A stretch of DNA of 61,737 nucleotides, filler included, from a candidate division TA06 bacterium SM23_40 (lineage in GTDB: Bacteria > LJUI01 > SM1-40), in NCBI GenBank assembly GCA_001303705.1. It is 4 parts of 4 records of this genome, joined end to end, with 100 filler letters (N's around TTAATTAATTAA, not from the genome) between each part and the next. Parts side by side here need not be neighbours in the genome. Positions count along the whole stretch, not along the records: positions 1 to 31,276 come from LJUI01000012.1; 3 more parts are not named here. One strand, given 5' to 3'. Below the pieces are notes generated by a model. It ran no database searches. It saw only the letters and a list, made by a program, of their open reading frames with translations, and was not told where the DNA came from. Made by a program: the position numbers and the translations under genes. Each line of letters begins with the position of its first letter. The first letter of the stretch is position 1. Positions 21,183-29,173 of the stretch are shown piece by piece.

Positions 21183-22091
21183 CTAGTCCTTGTATCTATC
21201 GAGGAGCGCGACGGCGTCGGCCGCGTTCAGCTTGCCGTAGAGATCGTCTCCTATCGTAATGACGGGAGAGAGACCGCAACACCCGATGCAGCGCACTCCT
21301 TGCAGTGTGAATTGCATGTCCGGCGTCGTTTCGCCTACCTTGATGTCGAGCTCACGCTCGAACCGATCGAGGATCCTACCTGCACCCTTGACGTGACAGG
21401 CAGTACCCAAGCAGACAGTGATGATATGCTTTCCTCTCGGCACCAGGCTGAACGACTTGTAGAAGGTGGCTATCCGCACGATATGTTCAATCGGTATCCG
21501 CTTCGCCTGCGATATACGCACCAGAACGTCGGCGGGCAGCCAGTTGAACTCTTCGCTGATGTCCTGGAGGATCGGAACGAGGACCTCCTGACCGCCGTCG
21601 TATCGGTCGAGAATCTCGTCAACCTTTCCACGCATTGACACATCGAGATCGATCTCCGGCAGGAGGGCGGGCTCGAGATAGGCAAGGTTTCTCACAAGGC
21701 AGTTCTCGACACACTCGCCGCAGCCCGTGCATTTGTCTTCGTCTATGTATCGGGCCTTCCTCCTCACGCGGACCACGAATCTTCCGGCCGCCCCCTCTAC
21801 CTCCTCAACCTCGGAGTAGGCGAGCTTCTCGATATTGAAATGACTCCCGCAATCGACCATCCGGGGAGCAAGCGTACACATGGCGCAGTCGTTGGTGGGA
21901 AAGGTCTTATCCAGCTGGGCCATCACTCCCCCGATCGACGGCCCTCTCTCCACCAGATAGACTTTGTATCCGGAGTCGGCAAGATCGAGCGACGCCTGCA
22001 TCCCTCCGATTCCGCCACCGACGACCATTACCGCCCCGACTTTCTTGTCGCTCCCTTCCGCCGTTTCTTTGCTATCGTTCTCTTCCGCCAT
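21183..22091 (-). CDS. HdrA N-terminal FAD-binding fragment fused to NuoE/HydC [2Fe-2S] domain
   Basis: VGGGIGG, SIGGVMAQLDKTFPTNDCAMC, RYIDEDKCTGCGECVENC, then ATFYKSF, VCLGTACHVKG, RCIGCC; start inferred at ATG 22091. Confidence 0.88.
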   Translation of the reverse strand: MAEENDSKETAEGSDKKVGAVMVVGGGIGGMQASLDLADSGYKVYLVERGPSIGGVMAQLDKTFPTNDCAMCTLAPRMVDCGSHFNIEKLAYSEVEEVEGAAGRFVVRVRRKARYIDEDKCTGCGECVENCLVRNLAYLEPALLPEIDLDVSMRGKVDEILDRYDGGQEVLVPILQDISEEFNWLPADVLVRISQAKRIPIEHIVRIATFYKSFSLVPRGKHIITVCLGTACHVKGAGRILDRFERELDIKVGETTPDMQFTLQGVRCIGCCGLSPVITIGDDLYGKLNAADAVALLDRYKD

Positions 22092-22158
22092 TTGCAGAAC
22101 CTCGTCCCTGTGAGAGTCAGCGCCGGCTACACGCCGGCAGATGCTTATCGCGGACTGC

Positions 22159-22176
22159 TTGTGAATTATTTCACGT
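22159..22176. promoter_or_regulatory. Rex-like operator
   Basis: TTGTGAA-TTAT-TTCACGT versus consensus TTGTGAA-N4-TTCACAA. Confidence 0.7.
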
Positions 22177-22241
22177 AAATTGAGAAGAAAAAACACCCCA
22201 GTCGGGTCGTCGCCCGAGGCTATTTCCTCCGCTCCATACCA

Positions 22242-22270
22242 TTTATACACGTATGCTATTCGGACGTCAA
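22242..22270 (-). promoter_or_regulatory. Putative sigma70 promoter of the redox operon
   Basis: TTGACG-17 nt-TATAAA on the minus strand. Confidence 0.65.
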
Positions 22271-22620
22271 GAAAAATCGACGCCCGAGACGAAGTCGGTC
22301 TCTCGCGCGCGCTCCAGCCCTTGCTCAGCCGGGCAGGCGGCCGCCCAAGGAACGGCAAGAAGGCTCTCTCTACGGCAACCCCGCCCCCGAACAGGGCGCC
22401 CCATATCCACCAATCCCGGCCCTATGTCACCGGGAATACATGACTTATCTTGATCGTGGTACTGCCAGATCCCGTGCGCAGCGCCGGCTCCAGTAGCCTT
22501 CCAGGTCCCGACAGTCCCCAAAACGACCCGACAAGATCCGACAATCTTCCACTATAATTTAACACAACAGGACGGACGCAGGTTCCTCACGCCCCTCAGC
22601 CGCCTGGACAGCCCTTTCCG

Positions 22621-23580
22621 TCAGAGATGGACCACGAGGCTTACGCGGTGCGCGCTGCCCAGCTCAACATAGGGCGAGTAGGCGTAGTCGACGCGCATCT
22701 TCTGCCACGTCGCTCCCATACCGAACGACATCCCGCCCAGAACATCCTTCTCCGACCCCACCTTGAGCTGAGACCCGAGTGTATTGTATCCAGCACGGAT
22801 CGTGAACAGCGGGTGAGGCAGAACCTCCGCTCCCAGGCGGAGGGAGGGATCATTATCGAATGGCACTGCCACATCGAGCACGCCGACGGCGAAAGGCGCA
22901 GGTCGATATGCACCCCCGATGCGGATCTCGGTGGGGAGCGGATCCTTCTCGTCGATGAACGCACCGGTCTGGGTACCGAGATTGAGGACCGCCGCCCCCG
23001 CAGTCAGGCCCGGAACCCTGGACCGGTACAGGACTCCCAGATCCAATGCCACGCCGTGCGCCGAATAATCATCTATCGTCTGGTACAGCCCCTTGAGCGA
23101 TACCCCGGCCCACACGTCCGGCACCACCTCCCTGCCATAAGCCATGGCCAGAGCAAGTGCACTTGAGCCAAATGTGCCCAGGTCATTTCCCTGCTCGTCG
23201 AGCTTGGGGATGTCGCCGCTCGTCAGGTAGCTGAGCCCGACGCCGACCGCGTTGGTCTCGTCGAGCGGCCAGAGAAGGCCGGCAAACCCGGACTGAATAC
23301 CGGCAAGATAGTTGAGATACGTCGTGGTCGCCTGTCGCTCGCCGACGGCAGCCAAGCCTCCCGGATTCCAGTAGATTGCACTCACATCATCAGCCAGACC
23401 CGTGAATGCGCTCCCCATCGCGACGGGCCGTGCCCCGATTCCGATCTTGACGAAGTTGAAGCCGGTCGTGCCGATCTCATCCGAGCCGAATGCCAGGGCG
23501 CGAGAGGCAAGCGCTGCGGTCATCATCAGCATGAGGACCACGATACTGGTTCGCTGCACGATGGACACCTTCTCGAACAT
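22621..23580 (-). CDS. PorV/PorQ-family outer membrane protein
   Basis: Signal peptide, IGARPVAMGSAF.GLADDVSAIYWNPGGL, DYAY..LG.AHRVSL. Confidence 0.8.
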   Translation of the reverse strand: MFEKVSIVQRTSIVVLMLMMTAALASRALAFGSDEIGTTGFNFVKIGIGARPVAMGSAFTGLADDVSAIYWNPGGLAAVGERQATTTYLNYLAGIQSGFAGLLWPLDETNAVGVGLSYLTSGDIPKLDEQGNDLGTFGSSALALAMAYGREVVPDVWAGVSLKGLYQTIDDYSAHGVALDLGVLYRSRVPGLTAGAAVLNLGTQTGAFIDEKDPLPTEIRIGGAYRPAPFAVGVLDVAVPFDNDPSLRLGAEVLPHPLFTIRAGYNTLGSQLKVGSEKDVLGGMSFGMGATWQKMRVDYAYSPYVELGSAHRVSLVVHL

Positions 23581-23826
23581 CAGAGGGTCCCCCTTCCTAC
23601 CTACAACCCGTTCTCAACTGCCGTACTTGATACATCGTCGAACGTCCCGAGGCGATCATACCAGATGATCATGCATGGGTCAACCGGAAACGCAGAACTC
23701 GAGGCCATCGCCACAGGCCACATCTCCCCGCACGGGCGCGGCTACCCATGCCCCCGCACCGACCGTTGCCGGAGAGTTGCGGGGACGACACTCCAGGAGA
23801 GAGCTGCGCTAACCGAGAGAGCTGTA

Positions 23827-25272
23827 CTAACCAGACGCCAGCTTGCGCCGCAGCAGCTGGTTTACTATCTTCGGGTTTGCCCGGCCCTTTGTCTCCTCCA
23901 TCACCTGTCCGACGAAGTACCCGAGAAGCTTCTCCTCTCCCCTCCTGTACCGCACGACTTCCCCGGGATTGGCCGCGATGACGCGGTCGACCACTGCCTC
24001 CAGCCTCGCCTCATCGCTCATCTGGCGAAGACCCAGCTCATCGACCGCCTCCTCCGGTTCCAGGCCGGGCCTCTCCAGCATCGCCGGGAACACATTCTCT
24101 CGTGCCGCGATGCCGCTCACGGCGCCGTCTGCAACAAGACGGATGAGCGCCGCGAGCTTCTCCGCCGCGACGGACGGGGCATTGACATCCCACTTCCCTT
24201 CGTTCACTGCCGATGCCACCACGCCGACGATCCACTTCGCCGCCTCGTTCCCATCCCCACATGCCTTCGCCACGGCCTCGAAGTAGTCGGCCACGGCCGG
24301 GGATGAAGCACAGACCGCTGCCTGTTCGGGCGCAATCCCATATCCACTGACGAACCGCGCACGTTTAGCTCGCGGTAGCTCGGGAAGTTCGGCCCGGATC
24401 TGCGCCGCCAGATCACGACCGAGCGTTACCGCCGTCAGATCCGGCTCAGGGAAGTATCGATAATCGTGCGCCTCCTCCTTCACCCGCATCGGGCTTGCCC
24501 GCTGCGCCCGCTCGTCCCAGAGCATGGTCGCCTGCTCCACCTTCTCACCGCGCTCCAGAATGCCGATATGGCGCTCGATCTCGAACGCAATAGCACGTTC
24601 CACGTTTCGGAACGAGTTGAGATTCTTGAGTTCGGTGCGGGTCCCGAACTCCTTGTAGCCCCGGGGACGAACCGATATATTCGGCTCGCACCGCATCTGT
24701 CCTTTCTCCATGTCCGCGTCTGAGATCCCTGCGTACTCGATGACCTCCTTGAGAGCGGCGAGATAGGCATGGGCCTCAGCCGGCGTCCTGAGGTCCGGCT
24801 CACTCACGATCTCCAGAAGCGGCACCCCGCACCGATTGAAGTCGACGAATGAGACATCGGACTCGCCCTCGGAATGAATGAGTTTGCCCGCATCTTCCTC
24901 GATGAGCAGGTGCCTGATGCCGATCTCCTTCTGTTGCCCCTCGACTTCGATCTCGATCCTTCCGTGCCGGGCGAGGGGAGCGCCGAACTGCGTTATCTGA
25001 TAGCCCTTGGGCAGGTCTGGATAGAAGTAATTCTTTCGGGCGAACGCGGCTCGCTCAACGATCTCGTCGCAGACCAGAGTCACGGCTGCCTTCAGCCCGA
25101 GCTCGACGGCCTTTCTATTGAGCACGGGAAGCGCACCCGGCAGGCCAAGACAGACCGGACAGGTTTGGGTATTGGGCTCGGCTCCGAAGGCCGTGCTGCA
25201 CCCACAGTAGATCTTCGAGGCCGTCTTGAGCTGGACGTGGACCTCCATCCCGATGATCGCCTCATACTCCAT
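23827..25272 (-). CDS. gatB: Asp/Glu-tRNA amidotransferase subunit B
   Basis: IGMEVHVQL, RKNYFYPDLPKGYQITQ, EEDAGK, DYRYFPEPDL. Confidence 0.97.
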   Translation of the reverse strand: MEYEAIIGMEVHVQLKTASKIYCGCSTAFGAEPNTQTCPVCLGLPGALPVLNRKAVELGLKAAVTLVCDEIVERAAFARKNYFYPDLPKGYQITQFGAPLARHGRIEIEVEGQQKEIGIRHLLIEEDAGKLIHSEGESDVSFVDFNRCGVPLLEIVSEPDLRTPAEAHAYLAALKEVIEYAGISDADMEKGQMRCEPNISVRPRGYKEFGTRTELKNLNSFRNVERAIAFEIERHIGILERGEKVEQATMLWDERAQRASPMRVKEEAHDYRYFPEPDLTAVTLGRDLAAQIRAELPELPRAKRARFVSGYGIAPEQAAVCASSPAVADYFEAVAKACGDGNEAAKWIVGVVASAVNEGKWDVNAPSVAAEKLAALIRLVADGAVSGIAARENVFPAMLERPGLEPEEAVDELGLRQMSDEARLEAVVDRVIAANPGEVVRYRRGEEKLLGYFVGQVMEETKGRANPKIVNQLLRRKLASG

Positions 25273-26755
25273 CCGCTGATCTCCTCACAGGAATGTCGAG
25301 CTCGGGCCATCGGTGTCGCCACTCAGCTGTCTGCTCGTACGCATAGGCGATCCGAAACAGGGTCTTCTCGTCGAAAGGTCGGCCGAGAAGCTGGAGGCCG
25401 ACGGGAAAGCCGTCCCCGGTATACCCGCAGGGAATCGATATGCCCGGGATCCCGGCCAGATTGGCAGAGGTGTTGTAGATGTCAGCGAGGTACAGCGCCA
25501 GGGGGTCGTCGAGCTTCTCGCCGAGCCGGAAGGCAGGCGTAGGGTAGGTCGGCGTTGCCAGGCAATCGACGCTGGCGAAAGCCTCCTCGAAGTCGCGACG
25601 TATGAGCGAGCGGACCTTCTGAGCCCGCAGGTAGTAGGCTTCGTAGTACCCGGCCGAGAGGACGTATGCGCCGAGCATGATGCGTCGCTTCACCTCGTTG
25701 CCGAACCCATCGTGCCTGGTGCGGGAATACATTCCCGCCAGATCATCGAAATCCTCAGCACGGAATCCGTACCCGATGCCGTCGTACCGTGCCAAATTGC
25801 TCGAGGCCTCTGCCGTAGCGACCAACTGATAGACCGCCACTCCATACTCGGTATGGGGAAGCGAGACATCTACGACCTCGGCACCGAGTCCGGCCAGATG
25901 GTCGATCGCGTCCCTCACGGCCGACTCGACCTCTGGATCGATCCCCTCCGCAAAGTACTCCCGCGGTACGCCGATCCTGAGGCCTCTGACCTCGCCTGTC
26001 AGGTAGTCGTGGTAGTTCGGTACGGGCAGAGCGGCAGACGTCGAGTCGCGGGGGTCGTGGCCAGCGATGATACTGAGGAGCAGTGCGCAGTCCTCCACCG
26101 ATCTGGCCATCGCGCCGATCTGATCAAGAGACGAAGCGAACGCAACGAGGCCGTACCGGGAAACACGGCCATAGGTGGGCTTGATCCCGACGACCCCGCA
26201 CAGGCCAGCCGGCTGCCTCGTCGAGCCGCCTGTATCCGTGCCGAGAGCGAGCGTTGTCTCGCCGGCGGCGAGGGCGGCGGCCGAGCCGCCGCTCGATCCT
26301 CCAGGCACACGGAGCAGATCCCACGGATTCGCCACCGGCCCATAGTAGGAATATTCGTTCGACGCGCCCATCCCGAACTCATCGAGGTTCGTCTTGCCGA
26401 GAATGATGGCATCGGCTGCCCTGAGCCTGGCCACAGCGGTCGCGTCATACTGCGGCCTGTACCGCGAGAGGATGCGTGAGCCACAGGTCGTCTCCACTCC
26501 CTGGGTGCAGATGTTGTCTTTCACGGCAACCGGTATGCCCGCAAGGGGGGAGAGCTCATCCCCCGAGGCTATCTTCGCATCGACTTCCTTCGCCTTTGCG
26601 TGGGCACGCTCTTCGAGCAACGTAATGTAGGCGTTGACCGACTGATCGACCGCCCTGATCCTGGCGAAGAACGCTCCTGTAATGTCCCTCGCCGATATCA
26701 CCCGTTTCCGGAGAAGGCGGCCGATCTCGCCCACGCCCAGACGGTAGAGGTGCAA
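25262..26755 (-). CDS. gatA: Asp/Glu-tRNA amidotransferase subunit A
   Basis: Amidase signature PGGSSGGS, GTDTGGS, SSNLARYDG. Confidence 0.97.
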   Translation of the reverse strand: MHLYRLGVGEIGRLLRKRVISARDITGAFFARIRAVDQSVNAYITLLEERAHAKAKEVDAKIASGDELSPLAGIPVAVKDNICTQGVETTCGSRILSRYRPQYDATAVARLRAADAIILGKTNLDEFGMGASNEYSYYGPVANPWDLLRVPGGSSGGSAAALAAGETTLALGTDTGGSTRQPAGLCGVVGIKPTYGRVSRYGLVAFASSLDQIGAMARSVEDCALLLSIIAGHDPRDSTSAALPVPNYHDYLTGEVRGLRIGVPREYFAEGIDPEVESAVRDAIDHLAGLGAEVVDVSLPHTEYGVAVYQLVATAEASSNLARYDGIGYGFRAEDFDDLAGMYSRTRHDGFGNEVKRRIMLGAYVLSAGYYEAYYLRAQKVRSLIRRDFEEAFASVDCLATPTYPTPAFRLGEKLDDPLALYLADIYNTSANLAGIPGISIPCGYTGDGFPVGLQLLGRPFDEKTLFRIAYAYEQTAEWRHRWPELDIPVRRSADGV

Positions 26756-26794
26756 TATCAGCTCCTTTCCTGCGTGCCGCGGCCACCCAACCGT

Positions 26795-27145
26795 TCACAC
26801 CACACCCGAATCATCGGTCTCGATGATGCGCGGCGCGGCGACAAACCCGTTCCGAGAACTGGGCGCGCTCCCTATCGCCTCATCTCGGGAGAGCGATGGG
26901 CGCACCACATCATCCCGCAGGACGTTCTCCATCAGGATCACGTGCGAGGTCGGCTCCACATTCTCTATGTCGATCTCGTTGAGCTTCGCCACATATTCGA
27001 GGATCGCTCCGAGGCGCACCCGAAACCACTCAATCTCTCGATCCGTCAGCTCCAGCCTCGCCAGGTGGGCGATGTGCCTCACCTCATCGGCGGTGATGAC
27101 GGGGTCCGCGCCCGGTCTCCCACCGTCTTCTCGGCCTGAACTCAC
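26795..27145 (-). CDS. gatC: Asp/Glu-tRNA amidotransferase subunit C
   Basis: EVRHIAHLARL, VEPTSH, LRDDV; GTG start after AAGGAGGT inferred. Confidence 0.9.
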   Translation of the reverse strand: MSSGREDGGRPGADPVITADEVRHIAHLARLELTDREIEWFRVRLGAILEYVAKLNEIDIENVEPTSHVILMENVLRDDVVRPSLSRDEAIGSAPSSRNGFVAAPRIIETDDSGVV

Positions 27146-27374
27146 CCTTCTAGTTACCTCCTTCTTTGTAGCGCAGGCATCCTCTGTGGCGCAGGCATCG
27201 CCCCGGCGACACCTCCCGCGACGATTGCTCTCTTCGGCGAAGATACCAGGCGCCGCGGGCCACTCCCCGCCCAGCGCGGACGACGCTCCGACCACGATAG
27301 CGTGCGAGTCTGCATGATTCTGTCACCACGGTCAGCCCGTCGCCAGCCCGGTGGCTCGTATTCCTGGCACGCCT

Positions 27375-28862
27375 CTACCGGATGAGTGCCATCCGCCTCG
27401 TCTCGGCGTGGCCCCCCGCCCTGAGGCAGTAGAAGTACACTCCGCTCGCTACCCGGTGCCCCGCTTCATCGCGCCCGTCCCACACGACGTTATGCAGACC
27501 AGCTGGCAGTGTGCGCGACACCAAGGTCCGCACTCGTGCGCCGCTGATATCGTAGATGGTGAGACTGATCTGCTGACGGTCGGGGAGCGCGTAGCTGATG
27601 GTCGTCGTCGCGCGAAACGGATTGGGACGGTTCTGTGAGAGCGACCAGCGCCTCCGGGGATGCAAGACATCATGCCCCTCCGACACCTGTACTGTATCCT
27701 CGGGCTCGGTCTTGATCAGGTACACATCGAAGTCGCCCGCACCAAACGATTCCGTCCACCCGGCGATGACATAACCAGAATCCGCTGTCTGCGCGACTGA
27801 GTACCCCCAATCATCCTCCGGACCGCCAAAGGTTCGTGTCCAGACCGTATCACCTGCATCATCGGTCTTGACCAGGTACACATCACTCCCGCCAGCGCCG
27901 AACTCATACGTCCTCCCCACGACGACGTACCCACCGTCAGTTGTCTGTTCAACTCCACTGCCCCAATCAACGGCCCGCCCGCCATAGGTACGAGTCCAGA
28001 CGGTGTCGCCCACACCATCGGTCTTGATCAGGTAGACATTGCACGGCCCGCCCCCGAACGAACGGGTCTTTCCCACAACGATATACCCTCCGTCGGCCGT
28101 CTCATCGACCGAATAGCCCTCATCATCGTCGGGGCCGCCGTAAGTACGAGTCCAGACGGTATCGCCCGAATCGTCAGTCCTGATGAGATAGACATCGTCT
28201 CCACCCGCACCGTATGACCGACTCCTCCCCGCTATGATATATCCCCCATCGGCCGTCTCTCTGACCGAAAACCCGAGATCCGGATCGGTGTCACCATAGG
28301 TCTGGACCCAGACCGCATCTCCGATACTGTCGGCCTTGATGAGGATAACATCCCACGAGCCCGCGCCCAAAGATCTGGTCCCTCCCGCAACAACGTATCC
28401 TCTATCGGCCGTTTGCCTCACCGAGAAACCCAGATCCGGATCCGGCCCGCCATATGCACGTGTCCATAGCGTATCGCCGGCACTATCAGTTCTGATGAGA
28501 TAGATGTCGTCTCTGCCAGCACCGTAGGAACTTGTCCATCCCGCGGCGATATACCCCCCATCATCCGTCTCCTCGACTGAGTAGGCGTACTCCACCTCCT
28601 CCCCGCCATAGGTACGTGTCCACGTTGTTTCGCCGGCAGCGTCTGTGCGGATCAGATAGACATCACTCTCGCCGGCACCGAACGAGAACGTACGTCCTGC
28701 GACGATGAATCCCCCGTCACTCGTCTCAACTGCAGAATATCCTTCGTCTTTATCCACCCCGCCAAAGGTCTGCTCGAAAACATACTGAGCCCCGACGGAC
28801 AACGGCACCAACCACGTGACTGCGATCATCCAGCAGACAGGAGCGCATAACCACTTCGGCAC
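27375..28862 (-). CDS. Secreted repeat protein (about seven ~50-aa blades) with FlgD/T9SS-like C-terminal domain
   Basis: Repeats TYGG..D.G.SV..T.DGGYIVAG..DVYLIKTD; C-terminal QNRPNPF..WDGRD..SGVYF. Confidence 0.85.
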   Translation of the reverse strand: MPKWLCAPVCWMIAVTWLVPLSVGAQYVFEQTFGGVDKDEGYSAVETSDGGFIVAGRTFSFGAGESDVYLIRTDAAGETTWTRTYGGEEVEYAYSVEETDDGGYIAAGWTSSYGAGRDDIYLIRTDSAGDTLWTRAYGGPDPDLGFSVRQTADRGYVVAGGTRSLGAGSWDVILIKADSIGDAVWVQTYGDTDPDLGFSVRETADGGYIIAGRSRSYGAGGDDVYLIRTDDSGDTVWTRTYGGPDDDEGYSVDETADGGYIVVGKTRSFGGGPCNVYLIKTDGVGDTVWTRTYGGRAVDWGSGVEQTTDGGYVVVGRTYEFGAGGSDVYLVKTDDAGDTVWTRTFGGPEDDWGYSVAQTADSGYVIAGWTESFGAGDFDVYLIKTEPEDTVQVSEGHDVLHPRRRWSLSQNRPNPFRATTTISYALPDRQQISLTIYDISGARVRTLVSRTLPAGLHNVVWDGRDEAGHRVASGVYFYCLRAGGHAETRRMALIR

Positions 28863-29173
28863 GGCGGATCCTCCCTTCGGCTCGTGCTCGGGCGGCCGTC
28901 GGCAAGCCGACAGACACGCAAGCTCTCTCCAAGAAGAGATGGCGACCCACACACCTCCTGTCCTCGCCACCATGACCATCTGTGTGCTCGAAACACTCCC
29001 GGGTGAGACTGCGTCTCGATTGTCCGGGTACGGGAGTCTTCCCCGGCTCAGGAATAGCGGAAGGCGACCGTGTGATGGAATCAGCGTGCTCTCTCATTCG
29101 GAAAGCGAGTGCATCACCTCCCCATTCCCCTACACGATCGTACGCCGGACGCTCAGGTCGTAACGCATACTCC

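Noticed and set aside
22092-22358. 89-aa N-terminal extension of the 391-aa ORF
   Set aside because: It spans the promoter and Rex-like site; homology and RBS begin at ATG 22091.
27700-28790. ~150-nt periodic repeats that could suggest an array
   Set aside because: Degenerate coding repeats of a propeller protein, not CRISPR.
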